A stretch of DNA of 64,000 nucleotides from an uncultured virus (IMG/VR IMGVR_UViG_3300021255_001592) (IMGVR_UViG_3300021255_001592), one strand, 5' to 3'; positions 51,001 to 58,163 are shown, numbered from the stretch's first letter. The notes: a model not told the origin generated them from the letters alone. A program made the numbers and translations.

Positions 51001-53866
51001 CAAGAGCATAAGATGTCGCAGCATGAATTAGTTCATGTACTACTGTGTCTATGTCAGTTGTTGATAAGTGATAATGAAGAGTGTTATTTCTGGGACTGTA
51101 TGCAGCGGCTTCACCGTACACCTCATCAGAATCTATAGCAACATCAATATCAAAATTAGCCTTCTTTATAAGAGTCATTAGCGGCTTGTATTCTGGATGA
51201 CTCTTAGATATCATATCCGCTATTTCAGAAAGCTTATAATTGCCTGTTTTTGTAAAATAAGGCTGTACTTGATCAGCTCTTTTTGGTGCCGCCTTTATCA
51301 GTTTCTCCCTTATGGAATTATACTTCTTAATGTCATCATCAAATTTTCCATCTTTATTAGGATTCTTTGATTTTAGAGAATCATACTCAGCAAGTATTCT
51401 TTGCTTAATAAGGTCATGGAATCCTATTATACTTCTAGAGGCAACCACTCTATTGATAGCAGCAGACCTTATAGATGCTCTAGCATAAGAGAGCTTACGT
51501 ATAGCGTCTTCTTGTTCTCTTAGTTGCTTATTCAGTTTTGTAGTAGCATATCCAAGTTGCTGTTTTTCTGATCTTCTAGACTTTTCATTTAAGTGGCTAG
51601 CAATAACAGCTCTATCTTCAACACTAAAAGAATCTAAATTATTGTTCCTTAGGTATCTTCTTAAAACATCAAGTTCATTTCTAGTTTTATACAACTTTTT
51701 ATATGCAGAAGATAACTCATTAGTCACATTAGCAACTCTACCATACAAATCCTTTATCCAGGCACCAGATTTGATATACTGGTCAATCGCTTTTTCAAGC
51801 TCAGCTCTGCTGTCAAAATCAAAGAGAACATTTTTTACACCAAAGATAAATTCAATGGTTTTTTGTAACCTAGCTACAGAGGGATTGTATTCGCTCAGCC
51901 CCTGAAAATCAGCAGCTTCTCCAAATATAGAGTATGTAATGGCATCTTCTTTGGTTTTACCAAGTCTGCTTTTTTCTCTAGGAGAGGACAGTAGGTATTT
52001 AGCAAAATTTTCTATGAATGTAGATGCCTTATCTTCATTAAAGCTGTCAGGATCAACATCAAAAGCTATTGCCTCTTCTCTGTAAACAGACTCAAGTGAT
52101 GGAGATACAGTTTTTCTATATATATTATTATCCTCTCTACTAAATTCTCCATTATTATCAGTGGCTGATTTTACTGAGTTGGCATTATATACACTAAAAA
52201 CATCTGTACTCTCCGGTGAAATCATCTCACCTCCGATGTCATATACGTTTTTAACAATTACGCCATCATATCCATTGTCTTTAGCTATTTTTTCTAGAGT
52301 TCTAGTGGACTCTATATTACCTTTGTATTGTATTTCATCCCAATTGTTCCCTTTAGCATCGACGATTAGAGGATTTTTTATTTTTACAAACAGGGAGTAT
52401 TGAGAACCCACAATCGCATCTGAGCTACTGTCATAGTTGTTGCTATAATCGTGTCTCAGATTTTTCATCTTTTTATTTACATAGTCCTCAAATAGCTCAA
52501 ACTTATTTGCCTCAGTAAATTTTTCTGTTTTTGACTCTAAATATGTGTCGATTTCCTTTAGTTGCGCATCAAACTCTTCTTTACTTAACCCAAACCTATT
52601 CCTTAAGACTCCTTCTTTTGACTTATCAACTTCACCAGTCCACTGATCTCTTACTCTAGCAAAAGCGAAAGCCTCATCATAAAGCCCTTCTTTTGCCAAA
52701 TCATCTTGCTCAGACCAGCTGTCTGCGTTGTCTATAATCTCTCTCTCCCGGATGTCAAACATCTGAGATTCTGTCTTAGCATACGACGATGAGACTTCCT
52801 TGCTTTTTGCGGTATATATTGATGTTCCATTATTATTTTCATAATTTCTTATAGCCTCATCAATCTCCTCATCACTCATATCATATACGAAAGCCATCAT
52901 GCTCCTATCGTATGAGCCATCAGGATTTATTTCAATTCTTCTATCACGAGTATCAAATGATGAGAATTCACTATGTGGGCTTGTATGATATGTAACTAAA
53001 GGCTCACCATTCTCATCTACTACTTTAGACACTCCTCTATCTCCAGGATTAACATCGTCTGCCTGCGGTAGAGCGTCATTAATGATTCTGTAAGTAGTGT
53101 GATTCCAATAACCAATTTTTGGTTTTTCTGAAACCACTTCAGCAATTCCTTTTTCAACTAAGGATTTCCAAAGAGCATCTTCTACATCAGAATTTGAAGA
53201 ATCAGAGTACAAAACTTTGCCTTCTGATTTAGCAATATTAGCAAGAGCTATATGTGCTTTCTTGCCATACCCCTTTCCTCGATATGCTTCTTCTATTTCT
53301 GTGGCAGCACCAATAGTCCCACCCATGTGAATAGAGTTATCATCTTCAAAAACTGGTATTTCTCCTATGTATTCATTCCCCAAAAAAATTATTCTAGTTC
53401 CACCGTCAGGAGCCATATCAGGATCAAATTTAACATCACTGACAGTTACTCCTTGGTATGTTGCAGAAGTTATACTGTTAGGTATATCTTGACTTCTTCT
53501 GTATTTAGAGGAGCGTGCAACTCTTTCCCAATCGCCAAACCAATCCTTGAAAGCTTTAGTTCTCACTTGTAGCCACTGACTCTCAGTAAGATTAGTAGGT
53601 TTACCATTAGGAGCAAGCATAAATGTACCATTTGCTATAGCCTGCTGCTTAATAGAAGCCATTTCAGACAGGCTATTATCTGTAACTTTAGCTACAATAT
53701 TATTTCTCTGCCTATACTCTTTCACTTCTTGAGGACTTGGAATAGAATTCACTTCCTTTCCCTCAGTCATAGCCATAATAGTGGCATGAACAGCGAGTTT
53801 GCTTATACCAAGTTCTTTAGAGTACCTCTCAAGGTCATCATTGGATACAAAAATACAATTGGCCAT
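42032..53866 (-). CDS. virion-packaged DNA-dependent RNA polymerase with N-terminal accessory domains
   Basis: Catalytic GSDFDVDK (DFDVD at 44720-44734), GYRVPTEDKYSM, AVKVG motifs of crAss two-barrel RNAP; 3944 aa. Confidence 0.9.
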   Translation of the reverse strand: MANCIFVSNDDLERYSKELGISKLAVHATIMAMTEGKEVNSIPSPQEVKEYRQRNNIVAKVTDNSLSEMASIKQQAIANGTFMLAPNGKPTNLTESQWLQVRTKAFKDWFGDWERVARSSKYRRSQDIPNSITSATYQGVTVSDVKFDPDMAPDGGTRIIFLGNEYIGEIPVFEDDNSIHMGGTIGAATEIEEAYRGKGYGKKAHIALANIAKSEGKVLYSDSSNSDVEDALWKSLVEKGIAEVVSEKPKIGYWNHTTYRIINDALPQADDVNPGDRGVSKVVDENGEPLVTYHTSPHSEFSSFDTRDRRIEINPDGSYDRSMMAFVYDMSDEEIDEAIRNYENNNGTSIYTAKSKEVSSSYAKTESQMFDIREREIIDNADSWSEQDDLAKEGLYDEAFAFARVRDQWTGEVDKSKEGVLRNRFGLSKEEFDAQLKEIDTYLESKTEKFTEANKFELFEDYVNKKMKNLRHDYSNNYDSSSDAIVGSQYSLFVKIKNPLIVDAKGNNWDEIQYKGNIESTRTLEKIAKDNGYDGVIVKNVYDIGGEMISPESTDVFSVYNANSVKSATDNNGEFSREDNNIYRKTVSPSLESVYREEAIAFDVDPDSFNEDKASTFIENFAKYLLSSPREKSRLGKTKEDAITYSIFGEAADFQGLSEYNPSVARLQKTIEFIFGVKNVLFDFDSRAELEKAIDQYIKSGAWIKDLYGRVANVTNELSSAYKKLYKTRNELDVLRRYLRNNNLDSFSVEDRAVIASHLNEKSRRSEKQQLGYATTKLNKQLREQEDAIRKLSYARASIRSAAINRVVASRSIIGFHDLIKQRILAEYDSLKSKNPNKDGKFDDDIKKYNSIREKLIKAAPKRADQVQPYFTKTGNYKLSEIADMISKSHPEYKPLMTLIKKANFDIDVAIDSDEVYGEAAAYSPRNNTLHYHLSTTDIDTVVHELIHAATSYALVGVHDENGVALNEKVEEFMNYIRDYFMSTSERFKNDVFPSKLWGATLPAGVYGFTNPAEFLAETFSNPEFQKVLDTVPAMNEKKFNSLFEEIWDAIVNFFNNIFGKPLKKTALDQAREIGLYAMRMQSEHLSDIGKMLEQAPEKQQSITESSIQERFFNNEFGGNFEGGGSFFEDFNGLRGDDLSKEDQMTLLEAVDRIEEIYMGGVDIPMSVDDLNIIFNYMKKVNPEAYKAAREDFKRRHPDLWSPTQTVQQQNRQQTVKITESTGGYAQRTKENADWSDITLALAVDFNTAGERLTKKVAGNKYVGEKIVLTTESGTNLDYPVNYFPETARRLLTQIEKQGLPKNNVKLNIAGNGIYTFSNFGLTQEKLNDWVTAVIGELQRLGVAISEIRSGGQTGVDEAGIIAAQRLGIPSSVHAPKGFVFRTTDKKDIADRASFERRFNQTQQQNGIPASYEGKITPDANTVFVFGSNPEGRHGAGAAKVAREQFGAIYGQGEGLQGNAYALPTKDLRVKENNGLRSIFPKQIIEGIKKMYEVARQNPDKQFKVAYTNGLNETTLNGYTGREMIQMFKDAGPIPSNVVFSKNWTDHWNEVTSQQPQQQTTPQQPVEEKEEAPIITSQELTTQRNALNAAYADNPAIKRDRVQSIARKFSKLLNEKYEQERQRLLDAVKEAEDAGDDAKAASLYGEYATLTKQAFLRQYGVKNLFNDIRESYNPENITQDSELQEYLDTYGLEDSDINDDDRSNIEWNYQHKRDEFKKVQDNFWPLAEEATLEIKKLERIIIDITSPNNTGKEEIKSSDTLNEDNSNSEDETNNVMDKEESAPESWMNNFRSIPNITSLSQRTREALMNLYEYDTEGYPVFTDLNEMKYLDPEHAHAILLFGLANMVNSDDFEPALIKLGKKYSFVRQLLREGENGKYEGILAEDPQLKAAFYQDFRKDATSYWSSRYKRDADGHYEKDTTFPLNSRENTSWLLASWKYNTEGGIQIGGQESVFNSDGTVNRNNLLNKVGPKLQAILDGVNAINKESSTTEVKNQKISDFLDTINPAYKKSNWNLLMDVLHSIGIDQESDELRWALIDYKISEGQPVGITSILTSISQITGGLNKDEKYYTPNAETGKIPAVDILTEFRGAYTAIAQTIGYIGDGATEGSFYHMDKTRNSYTTPNYLGRVMKELSDANNDEKRCDNYIEENYGKFNWFKKDGVWLNSWLRQLAEDKELRKELKHKVVLDFNKKGFFETDSLGYALGLLREFNAPLVDKKKGYKLAWYYVPMLSDTDSAEFVQFTKEVDEGYQDKLLKQMRLTVVQEYNRIKLVRERNQRIKEGKADKIANFDTRGLQFCFYPELNTWKDENGGFLEQLDSLTKQRAEAKEKGDETKRLELNTSIHNLIDKAVREIVEQDVDDTYNRFRELGVFDKDGTGKNAKFKYLKGYTDIDAQMQGNRSYIQETLNNLDRERYKNFTRLAERYLANPYSLNYNDRQRLFAKASELNKESVPRVEKNEHREMISKYVWNSRFATSQIEQIFATDLAYYKDATDFQKRFKEIHAPSLRLYTKAEYNGERVGKDIERSIYLADEKILSNTFEQLKKALDERVDNGTLSKASRDYILKQYENINSSDAQAYRTLDSYRAMMVMSGQWNDALEQAYKNFQSDNWTIEDFSQIFQTKKPYLYTQTGIDAQVSSGEQIKMGMQHKNSEFLLLAMLPKLVEGTSMQDAFKLRAIDQFMHNPKGVANPDPNDVIDVVNFTSAVKVGNQGIIDLNYKEGPVKYAGTEYKDAYALKKELDKQIEKGTINKERYDEILSQYKYQNEKEVLDHLRKITDDGKSTVTIHSASYEDYGIQTQTPEHIIDHEQLFGTQIRRLIGADITPGTMLSVAGTRMTAEEWWKVYNGILVDNIAQAFDEVSDKFSTPEKIEKLLVETIKGNDRYPNDLVNAVRIVDGRFNIPLFDQSTAELVESLINSVIKDTVTKQKIKGGSCIQVSSFGLSDRLKVVYDTDEKGNTHVKYMECYMPAYAKEFYQAFMKKTEDGNYILDMNDFPEELRYAIGYRVPTEDKYSMAPLKIVGFLPQQNGSAIMLPAEITTLSGSDFDVDKMYIMLPEFDVIRYDKSKAIQDFKKFNQKYAQAQSWIDSIFDIIVNESDKDIEDEEGNEITEAHADFKTWWKENKENYKLDRPKFRKIKGTFKSDANGKNVSFDDGLSNKENPSRADKERARKKRNNAIIDMMFSVLTNPDTLQRFVKPGGFEEVKKQAHIQRILENLTYDELCEALGVKDNVAEKLNSLNEDELAELAGKYGKVLDPLSPLTQIHFHKQNSAGAKAIGIYAVNNAGQALLQHSEFSLMYNDNPKALGSISLFGKNLSDLNRVQNTEGEYITNNMAQYLAASVDNGKDPTLEDNGQNDFTFNVSNMLIRLGFRHREVAAIMNQPIIKELAAAVTKGLSDGVSKEITLNEILTKYAKAAGLNEGDVDGFIDIKDFTLEDMYKDRCNGVKKNADYYKRQFAIGLWFKNAENDAMFVNTVTQNLRADAQNAAAGPLMMDTILREIKIETTVKADRGLYDAAETMSIESMKESPLGFMAAFQQFGIKRTQDILAAYFPQYSGPFKGMLTDLMKRTKYNNVSVETAQKLFDATILYNLSSIPLFSSLKGKAKSSEDVYKYFLKDFPETFKKAKESNPVVYKSGDTEVRFNDIPIIKGLKVVPASKTNVVATIVLDSVGRLSKDGKAKLTQSWEALMYSDNDNARNLALNLFAYSIVRYSGKYTPTGFAHLVPTSVREGAKGYIDKLEDIRKHGVSTKDRGGNNSFRTLFLRNNTENRTLFPKLSDKEAKEIMKMFNDSKDLSGNGGRIITANTTDLNNVIPSVVTVMMMHDPNSNPYPVSVFKNGIMIQTKGEDGKTQKRFFIFNQISTTEAEMIPVTPLGAKGNISEYFLDNPYGESAVQVSQEYEEENTEIETAEEDPQSVSAEIRYLNGSKKDDEGNDICVNISISK

Positions 53867-53896
53867 ATTTTATAGTTTAATTATTTTCAATTAACT

Positions 53897-53905
53897 ACAA
53901 ATATA
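53897..53905 (-). promoter_or_regulatory. Bacteroidota-type -7 promoter element TATATTTGT for the RNAP operon
   Basis: ACAAATATA on + strand, about 30 nt upstream of RNAP ATG. Confidence 0.6.
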
Positions 53906-54027
53906 ATATAATTTTGATTCAGCCAATTAGTATAAGTGCCTTTGTATAACATCAAATATTAAATAGTTATCAGAGGTATGTTCAAGTATATACTTTATAA
54001 CATAAATTAATGATTACTTTTATACAT

Positions 54028-54063
54028 AAAAAAGAATAGCAAGGTGCTATACCTTGCTATTCT
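54028..54063 (-). terminator. intrinsic terminator after thyX
   Basis: AGAATAGCAAGGT-GCTAT-ACCTTGCTATTCT perfect stem with A-run on + strand (U tract on -). Confidence 0.85.
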
Positions 54064-54087
54064 GCTGACATTATATAAGAACCACGA

Positions 54088-54894
54088 TTACATAATGCCA
54101 ACTAACTTATTAGTTAACACCTGAATATCTGGATCAGCAGTCTTAGATGCTCTTTGTTCAAAGAATCCATTTTTGCCTTTCCAGTCATTTTCAAAGCCAC
54201 ATACATAGCCTTCAGACTTAAGAGAAAGAGGAAGAATGTGCCTTGCTTCTTGTGGAAGGAGACCCTTCTCTCTCATAAAGAGGTAATCATCCTCTATATT
54301 CTGAAGAGACTTCTCAAATCTTGCACAGGCAAGCTTGTGGTTTATTGAGTCTTCTTCAGACCAGTACCATGCTGGCTTTACAAAGGTAAGCTCAGAGCCA
54401 AACTTGTCTTTGTCATATCCTATCCATCTTGTAGATTCCCATAGGAAACTAAACACACGATGCCTTGTGACCTCTTGTTGAATAGCCCTTGAGCATATCC
54501 AATGAGTATTGATTCTTTTCTGATGAAAGTCAGTAGGCTCAGTGAGATACTTCAGGTCTTTTTGCCTATTGTTTTCATATATAACCCTAAGATTAGTGGT
54601 AACATATGTCTTGTCCTCGCCAAGAAGAGTCTTAGAATACTTGTTATTCCTATAGAAGAACTCTGTGAACACAGTATTACTACTGCTTGGGATGGTGAGA
54701 TACACAGTGCCAAATTCAAATGGAGATAAGTGTCCCATAGACAAAAGCCTATCACAAAACTCTTTATAAGAGTCATCTGTAATCTTCTCTTCTGACAGGT
54801 GTGATACTCTGGCAGCAAGTTCAACTGCTTTTAATGCTCCTTCAAAAGTAGGTTCTTGAGGAATAATCTCAACAAAAGAATCAATAAGTCTCAT
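54088..54894 (-). CDS. thyX: flavin-dependent thymidylate synthase
   Basis: GHLSPFE, SRAIQQEVTRHRVFSFLWESTRW (RHRx7S signature), PQEARHILP. Confidence 0.9.
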   Translation of the reverse strand: MRLIDSFVEIIPQEPTFEGALKAVELAARVSHLSEEKITDDSYKEFCDRLLSMGHLSPFEFGTVYLTIPSSSNTVFTEFFYRNNKYSKTLLGEDKTYVTTNLRVIYENNRQKDLKYLTEPTDFHQKRINTHWICSRAIQQEVTRHRVFSFLWESTRWIGYDKDKFGSELTFVKPAWYWSEEDSINHKLACARFEKSLQNIEDDYLFMREKGLLPQEARHILPLSLKSEGYVCGFENDWKGKNGFFEQRASKTADPDIQVLTNKLVGIM

Positions 54895-54895
54895 A

Positions 54896-55117
54896 TCAAT
54901 CTACATCTATATCTTCAATGTTCCAATCCTCTATTTTCCTAATAAGCTCATCTTGTGCCTCATAATAAGCGTCTGTCAAAGCCACATCTTCATCATAATC
55001 TTCGGGTACAGTTACTGTTATGGTCTTTGTTATTGTGGCGGTAACATCAAATGACAGCTTCTTACTCCTTTCTTTCCAGGGAGCTTTAGGATGAAAGTTC
55101 TCGTCAGCGAATCCCAT
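54896..55117 (-). CDS. small acidic hypothetical protein (73 aa)
   Basis: Likely ATG start MGFADENFHPKAPW rather than the GTG start of the track. Confidence 0.6.
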   Translation of the reverse strand: MGFADENFHPKAPWKERSKKLSFDVTATITKTITVTVPEDYDEDVALTDAYYEAQDELIRKIEDWNIEDIDVD

Positions 55118-55271
55118 TTTCAGACTTATAGTATATATTGACTCTCTCAGCACTGTTTTTCCAAGTGATAAACTCAATATCACTTCTTTCTAAAGTGTCT
55201 TTATTGACAACCATGACATCAGCTGTATCTGGATACACAGAGAGAGAGTCAATGAGAGTTTTTACTTTCAT
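55104..55271 (-). CDS. small hypothetical protein, 55 aa (not in ORF track)
   Basis: Hand translation MKVKTLIDSLSVYPDTADVMVVNKDTLERSDIEFITWKNSAERVNIYYKSENGIR*; overlaps both neighbours as in an operon. Confidence 0.65.
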   Translation of the reverse strand: MKVKTLIDSLSVYPDTADVMVVNKDTLERSDIEFITWKNSAERVNIYYKSENGIR

Positions 55272-55494
55272 ATAAACTTATTATATGCCTAATATCATAT
55301 ATAGAAATAAGACCAACTCTGTGGTCTACAAGCTCGTTGTCATCAGTATAAAATTCGGTATATGGAACCTTATAGAGTTTGTTCCTGCAAGCAAGTTTAT
55401 CGAGAGTTTTGAACTTTATACCAGATGCTTTCAGATTCTGTTCAACAGTCTTGCATATACCACAAGAGTCAGTCTTATATTCTATAGCGTACAT
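55249..55494 (-). CDS. thioredoxin/glutaredoxin-like protein
   Basis: CGIC motif near N-terminus, VP cis-Pro motif, 81 aa. Confidence 0.75.
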   Translation of the reverse strand: MYAIEYKTDSCGICKTVEQNLKASGIKFKTLDKLACRNKLYKVPYTEFYTDDNELVDHRVGLISIYDIRHIISLYESKNSH

Positions 55495-55561
55495 AATGAT
55501 AAATTAGCTTGCGCTAAGTTACAGAACTAATCTTAAATAGACAATAGTCTAAATAAGATGA

Positions 55562-57613
55562 TTAGTGCTTCCAACAAGTTCCTACCTCAGCCTCTGCCGG
55601 AATAGGGAGAGACTTACAGAATTTAGCAGCACTCTTTTCCATTATATCCTTGACTACATCAGGAAACTCTGAAACCGCTTCAGGGAATTCACCACAGAAC
55701 TCATCGTGTACAAAGGCGCAGAACTTTATTACATTGAAGTAATTATTGTCTACTACCCAATTAAATATGTCGGTGACAGCGCTTTTGAGGATTGTGGCCC
55801 CACAGCCCTGCGTGGGCCCATTCAACGCCATTCTATCCCATTTGCTGGCTGCCTTAAAGTGTTCTCTGACTTTTAGTTCCACATAGTCTCCAGTTCCTTT
55901 ATGCTTTATTTTATATTCATCCCAAAACTCTGGAGTGAAAGAATCCTGCTCACGCTTCCAATCCTCCCAATCATACCAATACATTCTATGACCAGTGTAC
56001 TTATTCATAATCACATAGCCATGTTCTCTCACAAACTTAGATCCTTTTTGCTTAAATCTGGTTATGCCAGAGAAGCCTGTATCATAAGCTTTTTTGAATT
56101 GCTGGGCTTTTTCTAAAGAGCACCCTAAAGTTCCCATTATAGCATATTCAGAACCCCCGAATTGCTGCGAGAATTCCACTCCCTTTACTTCCTTCCTAAG
56201 CTTTGGATACAAATGCTTGATTTCCGATATTTTTGTGTCTCTCGGTATCTCATCAGTATATACCATATAAGCACAGAGAGAATGCATATCTCCGCTTCCA
56301 TGTAGAAATTCATTGAGCATCGCTTTTTCTTCGTATATATCAGCTCCCAATCGACTTTCCAAAGCGCTATAGTCGCAGCTAATGAATAAATTACCTGGTT
56401 CAGAAACAAAGCAGCTTCTTGTTTCCTCGTCTGAGGGCAGCTGTTGAATGTTTGGATAGGTGCATCGTGAAGGACTGAGTTTCTTGAACTTAGCCAAGTC
56501 AGTATTAGATTGCCTGCTTCCACAAGACATTCTTCCAGATGCCGCTCCAAGTTGATGCCAAGCAGTATGAAGTCTTCCAGTCTTTGGATTTATAGCGTCA
56601 AGATGCCCTTGTCCATAAGTTGTACAGACTTTTTGATGCTCTTTGTAGTCAAAATATAAGTTGAGGAACTCATCATCTATTCCTTTTTGGGTCTTAAGCT
56701 GCTTTTCAATGACTGAGTCTTTATCCTCACCAGACTTCTTATCCTTGACAGAAGTATCAAAACCAAGATGCTTAGCATACTCAACAACTTGTTTAGGAGA
56801 ATCCCAGTTTATATTACACTTAGGAGTAAGGTCAAATCCCTCAAAAAGGTTCCCTTGTCTATCAATATAATAATACTTCTCATCTCCCTTGGATACCACA
56901 TACTCATCAAGAGCTTTCTTAGCGGCATCCCTAAGGCTGACATCACTGAGCATCTTTTGTTTCCACTTCTGCTCATCAAGTTTGATTCCACACCACTCAA
57001 GATAAGCTATAGCTGGAACAGCATCACATTCAAGCTTTGCTCCTATAAGACCATTGACTTTCCTACAATCCTCTATCTGAGATCTCATTATGTCACATAG
57101 ATACTTGACATCAGCTGCGGCATATTCTATTACTCTTGTGTCGAGACCTCTCCAGATAATCTCTCCTCTGACAGACTTGTCAAGATGTAGCCCTAACCTC
57201 CTTTCAGCTATAGCTGCAAGAGAATAAGACATCATGCCTGATGGATATCCAAGATGAAGGAACTGCTCTACAATCATGGTATCATATATCTTTCTTGGAA
57301 TGATGCTATAATTATAGAGGAACTGCAAGTCAAACTTCAAATTTTGGCCAACACAATAATACTCTTCTAGAATACGTTTGTAGAATTTGATATCAACTGT
57401 TGCGCAGTCAATGACTATCTGCTTGTCTCCCTCCCTATTACCTATCTGAAAGCATAGAAGGTCATTAATATGTGAATCACGGCCTGTGGTCTCCGAGTCT
57501 ATCTGAATTATTGGACCCCAACCAGATAATATCTCCAAAGATTCCTCTGGAGATATTATCACATAGGAGTCATTCTCAAATAGCTCTTGATTTAAAGTAA
57601 CAAGATATATCAT
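55562..57613 (-). CDS. polA: DNA polymerase family A with 3'-5' exonuclease
   Basis: DSETTG (ExoI), NLKFD (ExoII), YAAADV (ExoIII), NIQQLP, CDYSALESR (motif A), FVHDE (motif C). Confidence 0.92.
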   Translation of the reverse strand: MIYLVTLNQELFENDSYVIISPEESLEILSGWGPIIQIDSETTGRDSHINDLLCFQIGNREGDKQIVIDCATVDIKFYKRILEEYYCVGQNLKFDLQFLYNYSIIPRKIYDTMIVEQFLHLGYPSGMMSYSLAAIAERRLGLHLDKSVRGEIIWRGLDTRVIEYAAADVKYLCDIMRSQIEDCRKVNGLIGAKLECDAVPAIAYLEWCGIKLDEQKWKQKMLSDVSLRDAAKKALDEYVVSKGDEKYYYIDRQGNLFEGFDLTPKCNINWDSPKQVVEYAKHLGFDTSVKDKKSGEDKDSVIEKQLKTQKGIDDEFLNLYFDYKEHQKVCTTYGQGHLDAINPKTGRLHTAWHQLGAASGRMSCGSRQSNTDLAKFKKLSPSRCTYPNIQQLPSDEETRSCFVSEPGNLFISCDYSALESRLGADIYEEKAMLNEFLHGSGDMHSLCAYMVYTDEIPRDTKISEIKHLYPKLRKEVKGVEFSQQFGGSEYAIMGTLGCSLEKAQQFKKAYDTGFSGITRFKQKGSKFVREHGYVIMNKYTGHRMYWYDWEDWKREQDSFTPEFWDEYKIKHKGTGDYVELKVREHFKAASKWDRMALNGPTQGCGATILKSAVTDIFNWVVDNNYFNVIKFCAFVHDEFCGEFPEAVSEFPDVVKDIMEKSAAKFCKSLPIPAEAEVGTCWKH

Positions 57614-58113
57614 TTTTTCATATAAGCCACATTCTTTGCGAAATCAAGAACCCATTTATTAGCACGTAGGAAATTAGAGCCAAGAATACCATGGATTGTC
57701 ATGCCGTCAGTTTTCTTTATATAATCAAATGGTTGGCTCAAATCCTCAACAAAGAATGGAATACTGAACACGGTATTTCCCAAACTGAATTTGACTTGTG
57801 CCTTATCCTTTGATGTTTCTATGACTCCTGCTCCAGTGCTCATAGATGATGATGAGGCCTCAGATGTGCTTTCGATATCAAGCTTATCAAGAACTCTCTT
57901 ATCAAGATGGCACCCGTTACTTCCTGAATCAAGAATAAACCTGTAGTTTCTACCATTGTTACTAAGGGTAAGAACAGGAAGCTCTATCATATCCATGGCT
58001 TCATTGAAAGGGTAAACAGTATCAGTATCTGGCTTAGTTCTGTCAAACAACACAACCACACAATACGACAATACACAGATAACAATTACCAACAATACTA
58101 AACTTATAATCAT
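57610..58113 (-). CDS. membrane-anchored retropepsin-like aspartyl protease
   Basis: N-terminal TM; FILDSGS catalytic motif; GILGSNFL. Confidence 0.85.
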   Translation of the reverse strand: MIISLVLLVIVICVLSYCVVVLFDRTKPDTDTVYPFNEAMDMIELPVLTLSNNGRNYRFILDSGSNGCHLDKRVLDKLDIESTSEASSSSMSTGAGVIETSKDKAQVKFSLGNTVFSIPFFVEDLSQPFDYIKKTDGMTIHGILGSNFLRANKWVLDFAKNVAYMKK

Positions 58114-58163
58114 ACTGAATCTAAAAATATATTAAAGCAGTGAATGCTGCTATCGGTTATCTA

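Noticed and set aside
53867..54087. tRNA, ncRNA or replication origin in the AT-rich intergenic gap
   Set aside because: No cloverleaf or iterons visible; explained by a terminator plus promoter
54896..55494. Small ORFs as the ubiquitin-like modifier for the E1/E2/JAB trio
   Set aside because: None ends in G/GG or shows a convincing beta-grasp pattern; one is thioredoxin-like. The Ubl gene more likely lies beyond position 64000
55514..55521. Possible minus-strand promoter TAACTTAG upstream of the thioredoxin-like gene
   Set aside because: One mismatch in the conserved TTTG core; plausible but not supportable alone
42032..57613. Inteins or self-splicing introns in RNAP or DNA polymerase
   Set aside because: No C..HN intein termini, LAGLIDADG/HNH motifs or frame interruptions recognised; PolA has normal length
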